From the NCBI GenBank assembly GCA_012518845.1, contig JAAYRJ010000047.1:1-53687 (forward strand): a DNA stretch of 53,687 nt, given 5' to 3'. Shown here in pieces: positions 10,845-19,750 of the stretch. Each line of letters opens with the position of its first letter. Positions within the stretch are counted from its first letter, which is position 1. The stretch comes from Clostridiaceae bacterium (GTDB taxonomy: Bacteria; Bacillota; Clostridia; Saccharofermentanales; DTU023). The position numbers were made by a program, and so were the translations under genes. The notes beneath the pieces are model-generated. The model was not told the DNA's origin. It searched no databases and saw nothing but the letters and a program-made list of their open reading frames with translations.

Positions 10845-11639
10845 ATGAGTCAAAAAGAATTAATCAGATTTGAAAATGTTTCTAAAATATTTGATACTAA
10901 TTACGCACTCAAGGAAATTAATTTAACGATTAACCAAGGAGAATTTGTTGTTTTCCTTGGTGAATCTGGTAGCGGTAAAACGACTTTACTGAGGCTTATA
11001 AATCGTTTGATTGAGCCAGATGCGGGTACTATTAAAATTAAAGGTCAAAATTTACAAAATATTAATCCCATGCCACTGAGGCGAAAAATGGGATATGTAA
11101 TTCAGCAAACAGGTTTGTTTCCGCATTTGACTATTAGAGACAATATTACCTATGTTCTTTCTTTGGAAAAAAAATCAGAACAAGAAAAAAATCATATTGC
11201 AGAAGAATTAATTTCTTTAATCGGTCTCAATTCTAGCTATTTAGATCGTTATCCAAACGAGTTGAGTGGTGGAGAGGCGCAAAGAGTAGGCGTAGCCAGA
11301 GGTTTTGCTAATGATCCAGAAATTATTCTAATGGATGAACCCTTTGGAGCTGTCGATGACATTAATCGTCGCAAATTGCAGAAAGAATTAAAAACATTAA
11401 ATCAAACATTAAAGAAAACAATCGTATTCGTAACGCATGATATTCAAGAAGCTTTCTATTTAGGTGATCAAATTTGCATTCTTAGAGAAGGCAGATTAAT
11501 TCAAAAAGGCAATGTAACTCAACTAATTAATCAACCAGCAAATAAATACGTCTCAGATTTTATTGGCATCAATGGCTATATCTCACAGCTAGAACCAGAA
11601 CAAATTAAAGCTGCCTACAAAATTGCTCAAAATCAATAA
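10845..11639 (+). CDS. ABC transporter ATP-binding protein (OpuCA-like core, no C-terminal CBS pair)
   Basis: Walker A GESGSGKTT, Q-loop VIQQTGLFPH, signature LSGGEAQRV, Walker B IILMDEPFGAVD, H-loop VTHD. At 264 aa there is no room for tandem CBS domains. Confidence 0.9.
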   Translation: MSQKELIRFENVSKIFDTNYALKEINLTINQGEFVVFLGESGSGKTTLLRLINRLIEPDAGTIKIKGQNLQNINPMPLRRKMGYVIQQTGLFPHLTIRDNITYVLSLEKKSEQEKNHIAEELISLIGLNSSYLDRYPNELSGGEAQRVGVARGFANDPEIILMDEPFGAVDDINRRKLQKELKTLNQTLKKTIVFVTHDIQEAFYLGDQICILREGRLIQKGNVTQLINQPANKYVSDFIGINGYISQLEPEQIKAAYKIAQNQ

Positions 11640-11819
11640 TCCAAATATGCAACATCTAATTCTAAAACAACAATTAAGTTTATTTTAGGATTGACAATTT
11701 TGTTTTCCTTTCCATAGCAATAAATTCGAAAGTGCTAATTGTTACCAAATGACTTGTTAATTTAAGGTAAATTATTAATAAATAATAATCAGTATAATCT
11801 CTGCTAGAAAGGAAAGTCC

Positions 11820-12299
11820 ATGGAAAAGTCATTAAAAATATTTTTCACATTACCACATTATCTGCCAGTGACTGAAAAGGAACAATACATTCAGTTTTTA
11901 GTATTTGCTGAAGTAGCTAAAAATGCTGGCATAAATTTTGAGATGATTAGTTTTCAGGATTCTCCAGGTCGATTTTTAACAGAAACTGTTGTTTTTGAAG
12001 CGATGGAGAATACTGACGATTCAATTTTTCCCATCACAGTCTTGAATAATAAAATTATAAAAACAGAAGCACTCCCGACAATTGATGAATTTTCAAAATG
12101 GTTCGAGAGTCTTGATCAAATGTCTTTCGAGAAATTACTAGCAAAACAAAAGGATATTGATCCGCCAAAATTTTTGTCGGAAGAAGAATTTGCTAAACTT
12201 TGTTCCGAATCTGCTTGTGCAAGTTGCTTTACAACCTGTAGTTTTCGTGATTCAGATTTGAGAGAAATTGATTTTTCAGAGGGTTTAACATTTCTCTAA
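11820..12299 (+). CDS. Hypothetical protein with an ArsD-like (thioredoxin-fold) N-terminal domain that lacks the As(III)-binding cysteines, plus a Cys-rich C-terminal tail
   Basis: 159 aa. KSLKIFF...INFEMISFQDSPGRF......IFPITVLNNKIIKTEALPTIDEFSKWFES parallels ArsD MVFDPAMCC...IERFNLAQQP.F...LPLLLLDGETVMAGRYPKRAELARWFG by recall. No CC/C triad near the N-terminus. C-terminal CSESACASCFTTCSF. Confidence 0.35.
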   Translation: MEKSLKIFFTLPHYLPVTEKEQYIQFLVFAEVAKNAGINFEMISFQDSPGRFLTETVVFEAMENTDDSIFPITVLNNKIIKTEALPTIDEFSKWFESLDQMSFEKLLAKQKDIDPPKFLSEEEFAKLCSESACASCFTTCSFRDSDLREIDFSEGLTFL

Positions 12300-12493
12300 A
12301 TGTTATTCTAAATGATCTTGATTTTAGAGTGAATCAAAGCTTGAATTGTTAAAGTGTGCAAAAATTATGCTAATTATTCAAAAAATATTTAAAAATAAAC
12401 AGATTTTTATGTATAATACATATACAAACTAAAGATTAGTTAATTATAAAAACGTTTCTTTACAAAATAGAGAAACCCGAAGGGAGAAACGCA

Positions 12494-13033
12494 ATGAAAA
12501 TCGATATTCTTGGTAAAGGGATTAAAATCACCGACGATATTGTTGAAATGGTCGAGGATAAACTATCAAAGTTTGATCGTTATTTTGACGATAGTGCACA
12601 AGCAGAAGTTAAAATGACACCCTATCAAGATCAACTAAAATTAGAAATCACATTCGATATTGATCGTCATTTTTATCGAGCCGAAAGCGTTGCGCAAGAT
12701 GTTCGTTCTGCCTTGCAAGCAGCAGTCGATATTCTAGAAGGGCAATTTCGCAAACATAAGAGCAAGATCAAAAAACAGCGAAAACAATTTGGCTATATGA
12801 AACAATATTTAGCTGAAGAATTTTTAGAAGATTTCGAAGAAGAGTCACCATCTACAATTTCTAGACACAAAAAATTTCCGATCTTAGCAATGGATGAAGA
12901 GGAAGCAACGTTACAGATGGAAATGTTAGGACATGATTTCTTTGCCTTCTTAAATGGCCATACAGGTAAAGTTAATCTCGTCTACAAAAGACATGGTGAT
13001 AGTGACTATGGCTGGATTGAGCTAGACTATTAA
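12494..13033 (+). CDS. hpf: Ribosome hibernation promoting factor, long form
   Basis: 179 aa. The N-terminus MKIDILGKGIKITDDI.EMVEDKLSKFDRYF is the S30AE/YfiA fold. The C-terminal dimerisation domain is FPILAMDEEEATLQMEMLGHDFFAFLNGHTGKVNLVYKRHGDSDYGWIEL. GGGAG RBS. Confidence 0.9.
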   Translation: MKIDILGKGIKITDDIVEMVEDKLSKFDRYFDDSAQAEVKMTPYQDQLKLEITFDIDRHFYRAESVAQDVRSALQAAVDILEGQFRKHKSKIKKQRKQFGYMKQYLAEEFLEDFEEESPSTISRHKKFPILAMDEEEATLQMEMLGHDFFAFLNGHTGKVNLVYKRHGDSDYGWIELDY

Positions 13034-13086
13034 TACAATATAAATTTACATAATATCCCACCTAACTAAATTCATTTAATATAATC

Positions 13087-13114
13087 AAAATCGCTCCACC
13101 TTGGGGCGATTTTA
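13087..13114 (+). terminator. Rho-independent terminator after hpf
   Basis: ATCGCTCC (13090-13097) pairs with GGGGCGAT (13103-13110), followed by TTT. Confidence 0.6.
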
Positions 13115-13238
13115 ATTAGGTTATAAATATTAATTATTTTAAATTCAAGTTCATAGTCAAAGAGAAAAAAGATAGTATATGCTAAAATAGATTTTGAAAA
13201 AAACAAATAAACTAATAGAAACAATTTAAGAAAGTAAG

Positions 13239-15701
13239 ATGTTACAAGAAAATATACAAAACTTAATCAAAGATTTGAATCCACAACAACAAGAAGCGGT
13301 CCTCCATGAAGACGGTCCTTTGCTTATTTTAGCTGGGGCAGGTTCAGGTAAAACCCGAGTGATTACTTATCGGATAGCATATTTAATTGAAGCTCGCAAT
13401 GTTTGGCCAGGACAAATTATGGCAATTACCTTTACCAATAAAGCTGCCACTGAGATGCGCGAACGAACTGAACAATTAATTGGTTTTAAAGCTAGAGGTA
13501 TGTGGATAGGAACATTCCATAGCATGATGTTACGTATTTTAAGGCAGCATGCTGAACGAATTGGTTTTCAGCCAAACTTTACAATAATGGATACAGATGA
13601 CCAGCAAAGATTAATCAAAGAAATTCTCAAAGAGCTTAAGGTTGATGAAAATTTTATTAATGCAAAAACAGCTCATAATAAAATCAGCTCTGCCAAAAAC
13701 AAAAGAATTGATTGGCAAATGATGGAAAAATCAGCTGGTAATAATTATTTTCAAAAACAAATAGCTGAAATTTATAAACGTTATCAGGAGATGATGCTTC
13801 GAGCTAATAGCATGGACTTTGATGACATTTTACTATTTGCCGTCAAATTGTTGGAAGAAAATCTGGATGTTCGGGCTGCCTATCAAACACGCTTTAAACA
13901 TATTTTGGTTGATGAATATCAGGATACAAACCATGTACAATATTTGCTGGTTAAGTTACTTGGCCAAAAACATCGAAATATTTGTGTAGTTGGTGATGAC
14001 GATCAATCAATTTATAGTTTTCGTGGTGCTAATATTCAAAACATTCTTAATTTTGAAAAAGATTATAAAGAAAGTAAAGTCATTAAACTGGAACAAAATT
14101 ATCGCTCAAGTAAAAACATTCTTGGAGCAGCAAATGCAATTATCAAGGAAAATGAAGGTAGAACCGACAAACGACTTTGGACTAATCAGAACAACGGCGA
14201 GCCAATCCAATTTTATTTAGCAGAAAGCCATTATGACGAAGCCAGATATGTTGCTTCAGAAATAAAACGCTTAACAAATCGTAATAATAATCCCATAAAA
14301 GCAGGTGAAATAGGTATTTTATACCGAGTAAATGCTCTTTCTCGTAATTTAGAATTTGCTTTAAGAGAGCAGGGTATAAACTACAATATCTATGGTGGTT
14401 TGCGTTTTTATGATCGTAAAGAAATTCGAGACTTTTTGGCTTATATGCGTGTTGTTTTTTCAGAAAATGATGAATTAGCATTGATGCGGATTATTAATGT
14501 ACCAAAGCGGGGGATCGGCAACAAAACAGTTGAAACAATTAGTACACTCGCTGGCAAAGAAAATGTTTCGATGATGCAGATAGTTGTCAACGCAGATCAA
14601 TATCCGGAGCTTTCTAGAGCTTCAGCGAGGTTGACGGAATTTGCAAATCTTATCGCTGGTTTAAGGCAAATTCTAATAGATGACAAAATCACATTTCCTG
14701 ATTTTTCCAGAGAAATTTTAGCTCAAAGTGGTCTCTTAGCAGAATTACAAGAAAAAGAAAAAAAGGGCGAAGAAGACGCTTATACTAGGATAGAGAACCT
14801 GCAAGAAATTATCTCTGACACAATTGAATTTGAAGAAAAGATTAAACAAGAGATAGAACAAATCAAATCTATGGAGACAAATCTATTTGATCTAGATGTG
14901 CCCGATTTAAGTAAAGACGATCAGGATATTTATTCTGAAGATTTGTCTTTGACCAGTTTGACAAAAAACTTTTTAGAACAAACAGCCCTTTACTCTGATC
15001 TAGATCAAGAAGATGCAGAAAACACTGTTCGTTTGATGGCTGTCCATTCTGCTAAAGGTTTAGAATTTGATGCTGTATTTTTGATAGGTATGGAAGAAAG
15101 TATTTTTCCTAGCTATCGTTCCTTTGATGATCCAGAACAATTAGAAGAAGAACGACGCCTTGCCTACGTGGCAGTAACCAGAGCTAGAAAATATTTACAT
15201 ATAACTGCAGCTAACATGCGTTTGCTTTATGGACAAACTAAATATAATCCAATCTCACGTTTTCTTTCTGAAATTCCAGATGAATTTATTAGAGAAGTTG
15301 GCGGTAGTCGCTTAAGTCAGCAAAATAGGACAAATAGATTTGGCGGTAGAACATATGAGTCAACCCAGGCAAGCTCTAACTACGGTTCGAATCACAAGTT
15401 TCATCGAGCTAGCTCAATACCAAATTCTTCGTCATATTCTCAAAATTCACCAGGAAAAAAATCAAAAGTCCTAGGCTCATTTGGACTTAGTTCAAAACCA
15501 ACGAAATCATTGAAACAAGACAATGGTATTGTTGTTTCACAGTTAAGAGAAGGACAACAATTTAGTCATAAGAAGTTTGGTCTGGGGGTCTTAGAAAAAA
15601 TTGATTATGTTAGCAAAGATGCTATTTTAAGTATTAAGTTCGATAGTGGTCTCAAGCGAATGATGGCAAGTTCAGCTCCAATCAAAGCTGTAAAAGATTA
15701 G
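13239..15701 (+). CDS. pcrA: ATP-dependent DNA helicase PcrA (UvrD/Rep superfamily 1)
   Basis: 820 aa. Walker A AGAGSGKTRV, motif II LVDEYQDTN, VVGDDDQSIYSFRGA, LEQNYRS, VHSAKGLEFD, RRLAYVAVTRA and a C-terminal Tudor-like tail (HKKFGLGVLEKI). Confidence 0.9.
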   Translation: MLQENIQNLIKDLNPQQQEAVLHEDGPLLILAGAGSGKTRVITYRIAYLIEARNVWPGQIMAITFTNKAATEMRERTEQLIGFKARGMWIGTFHSMMLRILRQHAERIGFQPNFTIMDTDDQQRLIKEILKELKVDENFINAKTAHNKISSAKNKRIDWQMMEKSAGNNYFQKQIAEIYKRYQEMMLRANSMDFDDILLFAVKLLEENLDVRAAYQTRFKHILVDEYQDTNHVQYLLVKLLGQKHRNICVVGDDDQSIYSFRGANIQNILNFEKDYKESKVIKLEQNYRSSKNILGAANAIIKENEGRTDKRLWTNQNNGEPIQFYLAESHYDEARYVASEIKRLTNRNNNPIKAGEIGILYRVNALSRNLEFALREQGINYNIYGGLRFYDRKEIRDFLAYMRVVFSENDELALMRIINVPKRGIGNKTVETISTLAGKENVSMMQIVVNADQYPELSRASARLTEFANLIAGLRQILIDDKITFPDFSREILAQSGLLAELQEKEKKGEEDAYTRIENLQEIISDTIEFEEKIKQEIEQIKSMETNLFDLDVPDLSKDDQDIYSEDLSLTSLTKNFLEQTALYSDLDQEDAENTVRLMAVHSAKGLEFDAVFLIGMEESIFPSYRSFDDPEQLEEERRLAYVAVTRARKYLHITAANMRLLYGQTKYNPISRFLSEIPDEFIREVGGSRLSQQNRTNRFGGRTYESTQASSNYGSNHKFHRASSIPNSSSYSQNSPGKKSKVLGSFGLSSKPTKSLKQDNGIVVSQLREGQQFSHKKFGLGVLEKIDYVSKDAILSIKFDSGLKRMMASSAPIKAVKD

Positions 15702-15722
15702 ATTTTTTCGGGGAGAATCTAA

Positions 15723-16862
15723 ATGCAATTACCAAGAAAATTAAAGCAACAAAGAGAACTTGAACATTTGAGTCCCTTTGCTTGTCCTAGCATTAAAAGT
15801 CGTGGCAGAAAAAAAGAAGAAATAGATTGTAAAGTTAGAACACCCTATGAAAGAGATCACGGGAGGATTCTATACTCTGTTGATTTCCGCCGTCTTAGAC
15901 AAAAAACCCAAGTATTCTTTAATCCACGCAACGACCATATCTGTACAAGAATGGAGCATGTTTTATATGTAAAATATATTGCTAGTATAATTGGTAAAGC
16001 TTTAAATTTAAATGTGGATTTAATCGAAGCTATTGCTTTAGGACATGATATCGGTCATGCACCTTTTGGTCATACAGGCGAAAGAGAGCTTCAGGCGTGT
16101 TTAGACAAATATCAAGCAGGTTTTACCTTCCAACATGAACTACATAGTTTACGAGTTATTGATATTTTGACCCATCATAAAGAAAACAAATATGGTCTTA
16201 ATCTAACTTTTGAAGTTCGAGATGGAATTGTCTCTCATTGTGGTGAAAAATATAATGAGTTTCAACTAGCACCTAATCGAACCAAAAAAGAAGAAGATCT
16301 AATTCCAGATGCAGAAATCCATAAACCACCAGCAACCTTAGAAGGCTGTGTAGTTAGGATGGCTGACAAAATTGCATATGTAGGTCGTGACATTGAGGAT
16401 GCGGCTAGAGCTGGTTTGCTAGGTTTTGATCATTTGCCACTCAATCTAAAAACCGAATTAGGTAATTCCAATAGTGAAATTATTAACACTTTAGTTTTTG
16501 ATATTATTGAAAATAGTTATGATCAGGATTCTATAAATTTGTCGCATAGCAAAGGTCAAGCTATGGAAGAATTACTAAATAATAATCTACGTCAAATATA
16601 TCGCTCTGAGCGTATTCAACGATATGAGTTTACTGTACGCAATGTGATTCAAGGCTTGTTTGAAATTTTCATTGAATATGGCAACCAACGTGATCGTTTA
16701 GAGAATGAATCAAAGAACAATTTTGTTTTTAAGAATTTTTTAGAATACCTAAAAAAACATCCTGAAAGAAATAGTACAATTTATCGTAAAGTAGTAGATT
16801 ATATTGCAGGTATGACAGATCACTTTGCTCAAGAAGCTTTTAAGCAGATTTTTCAAGTATAA
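15723..16862 (+). CDS. dGTPase-like HD-domain deoxynucleoside triphosphate triphosphohydrolase
   Basis: 379 aa. Shows YERDHGRILYSVDFRRLRQKTQVF, TRMEHVLYV, the metal-binding motif ALGHDIGHAPFGHTGE and VRMADKIAYVGRDIEDA, matching the Dgt-like family. GGGGAG RBS. Confidence 0.85.
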   Translation: MQLPRKLKQQRELEHLSPFACPSIKSRGRKKEEIDCKVRTPYERDHGRILYSVDFRRLRQKTQVFFNPRNDHICTRMEHVLYVKYIASIIGKALNLNVDLIEAIALGHDIGHAPFGHTGERELQACLDKYQAGFTFQHELHSLRVIDILTHHKENKYGLNLTFEVRDGIVSHCGEKYNEFQLAPNRTKKEEDLIPDAEIHKPPATLEGCVVRMADKIAYVGRDIEDAARAGLLGFDHLPLNLKTELGNSNSEIINTLVFDIIENSYDQDSINLSHSKGQAMEELLNNNLRQIYRSERIQRYEFTVRNVIQGLFEIFIEYGNQRDRLENESKNNFVFKNFLEYLKKHPERNSTIYRKVVDYIAGMTDHFAQEAFKQIFQV

Positions 16863-16892
16863 ATGTTTGCGAATATAGTTGGAGATTAATTG

Positions 16893-17504
16893 ATGAAAGA
16901 CCATAAAAACACATTCTACGCGATGCTTGATCGGATGAAATATATTGAACGCTGGTCACTAATGAATAACATCAAAAAGGAAAATCTCAAAGAGCATACT
17001 TTTGATGTAATTGTTCTTGTTCATGCACTCATTATGATTCGTAAAGTCTATTTCCCTGAAAATAAACCTCAATTAAACCCCGGAGAGGCTGCTTTATACG
17101 CCCTTTACCATGATGCTAGCGAAATAATTACTGGAGATTTGCCAACCCCAATCAAGAATTTTAATAACTCACTCAAAGAACAATATCAAAAGGTAGAACT
17201 TTATGCTGAAAATGTTCTTTTGGAACATCTGCCAGTAGAGTTAAGATCTGAATATGAACAATATTTTAAACCTGATTTTTCAAATAAACTAACACAAACG
17301 ACTTTGCAATTTGTAAAATATGCGGATACCTTATCTGCTTATGTCAAATGTATCAACGAATTAAAATTAGGCAATCTTGAATTTAAGGATGCAGCTATTT
17401 CCACCAAAGAAAAATTAATCAGCTATAACTCAGATGAGGTCAATTTCTTTTTAGAGAATATTATTCCTGCTTATGAACTTAATTTGGATCAATTACAAAA
17501 ATAA
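16893..17504 (+). CDS. HD-domain 5'-deoxynucleotidase (YfbR-like)
   Basis: About 203 aa. Shows RWSLMNNIKKENLKEHTFDV..LVHAL and ALYHDASEIITGDLPTP (HD motif), similar to the YfbR family. The ORF track starts at TTG 16890; ATG 16893 sits 8 nt after GGAG. Confidence 0.7.
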   Translation: MKDHKNTFYAMLDRMKYIERWSLMNNIKKENLKEHTFDVIVLVHALIMIRKVYFPENKPQLNPGEAALYALYHDASEIITGDLPTPIKNFNNSLKEQYQKVELYAENVLLEHLPVELRSEYEQYFKPDFSNKLTQTTLQFVKYADTLSAYVKCINELKLGNLEFKDAAISTKEKLISYNSDEVNFFLENIIPAYELNLDQLQK

Positions 17505-17671
17505 ACGCTTCTAATAGTTATTACAACAATATTACTGGATATCGAGTTTATCTCATCATTATTACGAGCAGAATAAGTATTGTTAAAATACCTTGCTTCT
17601 TCTATTTCTCTTGATGTGCAAATGTTAAAATAACGGAACAAGAAAGAGAATTTTACATAGGACTATTCGAG

Positions 17672-19738
17672 ATGAGTGTAATCAAGAAAAGTAAAAACTT
17701 TAAAACATTGCTTGTTATTTTATTAATATTGAGTATTATTCCGCTTGTTTTATTTTTGGATAGAGAAACTCAGGCAGAAATGAACTTTCCGGTTGAAGCT
17801 GTTATTAATGCTTCCCCCAGACTTAATATTCGCAAAGAAGCCAATACTAAAATCAGTGCGATAGGTTCAATTAACTATGGAGAAGAAGTCCTCTTATTAG
17901 AGCAAGTTTCTGGTGAAATAATTAATGGCGATAATAGATGGTATCGAATTGATTACAATAATCAGGATGGCTATGTCTCAGCTCAATATGTGACAATTCA
18001 AAGTTGGCAGCCGGAATTGCCACCAACGCCACAGGATCAAGAATTTGAGAGATACCTTGAAGAACAGGGATTTCCAATTTCTTACAGGCACTATTTACAT
18101 CAACTACATAATAAATATCCCAAATGGCAATTCAAAGCCCTAAACATAAACTCTGATTTTGATTCCATGCTCAATAATCAATATAGACCAGAAGGATCAA
18201 TTAATTACGTTGCAACTAGCTATCCAGATGGTTTTAAATCAAAAGCTTCTAAAGATTTTGATAAGGAAACCAATACTTGGGTTCAATATGAACCGGGTTG
18301 GGTGGCTGCAAGTAAAGAGGGTATTGCCTACTACATGGATCCACGTAATTTTTTAGATGAGACTCATATATTTATGTTTGAAAGTCTAAGTTATAATCCA
18401 GAAATTCATACTCGGGAGGGAGCTTGGAACTTATTAAAAAATACCTTCATGGAATCAGAATACTATTTAAATGCGTATATGAAAGCAGCAGAAATTTCAG
18501 GCGTCTCACCTTATCATCTAATTTCTCGAACAAAAGTCGAAGTTGGTGCACAGGGTTCTGATGCTACTAGTGGGGAAGTACCTGGTTTAGAAGGATATTA
18601 CAATTTTTATAGTATTGGTGCTTTTGGTAGTTCGACCAACCCATTGATTAATGGGTTATATTATGCACGTGATGCACACAAAAGTAATCCAGCTAGACGT
18701 GAACGATTGATGTTACCTTGGGACTCCCCAGAAAAAGCTATAATAGGTGGCAGTATTTTCATAGGTGATGATTACATTAATAATTATCAAAATACTCCTT
18801 ATTTACAAAAATTTGACTTATTGCATAATCCCAATTATATACATCAATATATGACTGCAATTATGGCCCCTGCAACCGATGCAAAAAATATGTATTATGC
18901 GTATTACAATCAAGGGAATTTAGGTGAAGCCAAGGAATTTTTAATACCAGTTTTTACCTCGATTCCTGACACGGTTGCCCCCTATCCAGATAGTTCAGGC
19001 GGGACCCCCAATAATTGGTTGCGTTCAATATATATAGACGATGCTTTGTTACCGGGATTTGAAACTTCAACTTATCAATATCAATTTGATTTGAACGTTC
19101 CCAATAATCAAATTACAATCCAGGCAAATCCATATAATCCCTATGCCCAAGTCGATGGAGTAGGGACTTATTCACTTACTCCAGGTAAAAACGCCATTAA
19201 ATTGACAGTAACTGCAACTAATGGTGAACAAAGATTTTATGAATTGATTATCAATTATCAAGGACAAATTCAAAATGAAATAAAAAGAGTTCAAAGCGAT
19301 GTATATCAAATTCAGCCTAATGGTTATATCTATGGTTTAGATGAAAAACAAAACTTGAATTTGGCAGAAAATGCTTTAAAAAATATTAATACAATTGATG
19401 GTACAACTCTTTCTATCGTTTCTACTAATGGTCAACAAAAATCAAGTGGAAAATTAGCTACGGGAGATTTACTTCATCAAAAAAAAGGTGATGATATCGT
19501 TGGCACTTATACTTTTATTCGTTTAGGAGATGTTAATGGAGACGGGGATATTGATATTATCGATATCGATGTCTTGATGCGTTATTTATCAGATTATCTT
19601 GAACTAAATGAAGTTAGCCTTTCAGCTGCCAATGTTCTACAAGATGGTGAGCTGGATATCTTTGATGTTGATTTGATTCTAAGACATGCTGGTGGTCATT
19701 TAACAATCGATCAATTCCTTAAACCAATTTCTGATTAA
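17672..19738 (+). CDS. Secreted peptidoglycan hydrolase: SH3b + N-acetylglucosaminidase (LytD-type glucosaminidase) + cadherin-like beta-sandwich + C-terminal dockerin
   Basis: 688 aa. Signal peptide KTLLVILLILSIIPLVLFLDRETQA. SH3b-like RLNIRKEANT...NRWYRIDYNNQDGYVSAQYV. Glucosaminidase core YMKAAEISGVSPYHLISRTKVEVG...GYYNFYSIGAF. Cadherin-like domain NNWLRSIYIDDALLPGFETSTYQYQF...LTVTATNGEQRFYELII. Duplicated dockerin segments GDVNGDGDIDIIDIDVLMRYL and LQDGELDIFDVDLILRH. Confidence 0.8.
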   Translation: MSVIKKSKNFKTLLVILLILSIIPLVLFLDRETQAEMNFPVEAVINASPRLNIRKEANTKISAIGSINYGEEVLLLEQVSGEIINGDNRWYRIDYNNQDGYVSAQYVTIQSWQPELPPTPQDQEFERYLEEQGFPISYRHYLHQLHNKYPKWQFKALNINSDFDSMLNNQYRPEGSINYVATSYPDGFKSKASKDFDKETNTWVQYEPGWVAASKEGIAYYMDPRNFLDETHIFMFESLSYNPEIHTREGAWNLLKNTFMESEYYLNAYMKAAEISGVSPYHLISRTKVEVGAQGSDATSGEVPGLEGYYNFYSIGAFGSSTNPLINGLYYARDAHKSNPARRERLMLPWDSPEKAIIGGSIFIGDDYINNYQNTPYLQKFDLLHNPNYIHQYMTAIMAPATDAKNMYYAYYNQGNLGEAKEFLIPVFTSIPDTVAPYPDSSGGTPNNWLRSIYIDDALLPGFETSTYQYQFDLNVPNNQITIQANPYNPYAQVDGVGTYSLTPGKNAIKLTVTATNGEQRFYELIINYQGQIQNEIKRVQSDVYQIQPNGYIYGLDEKQNLNLAENALKNINTIDGTTLSIVSTNGQQKSSGKLATGDLLHQKKGDDIVGTYTFIRLGDVNGDGDIDIIDIDVLMRYLSDYLELNEVSLSAANVLQDGELDIFDVDLILRHAGGHLTIDQFLKPISD

Positions 19739-19750
19739 TGGGGAGTTAAC

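Noticed and set aside
13990-14481. ORFs 13990-14220 (+) and 14182-14481 (-) inside pcrA
   Set aside because: They sit in alternative frames of a well-supported helicase gene with continuous SF1 motifs. They have no independent signals.
15723-16862. dGTPase-like gene as a stand-alone anti-phage defense system
   Set aside because: It is embedded between pcrA and another housekeeping-type HD hydrolase, with operon-like spacing and no mobile or defense neighbours. A core dNTP-pool function is the simpler reading. It is kept only as a low-priority finding.
17581-17632. Direct repeat TGTTAAAATA (17581-17590 and 17623-17632) upstream of the dockerin autolysin, considered as a WalR (TGTWAH-N5-TGTWAH) box
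   Set aside because: Each copy supplies only one good half-site. The sequences 5 nt downstream (CTTGCT, CGGAAC) do not match the second half-site. The 42-bp spacing is not the WalR dyad, and such an AT-rich 10-mer can recur by chance.
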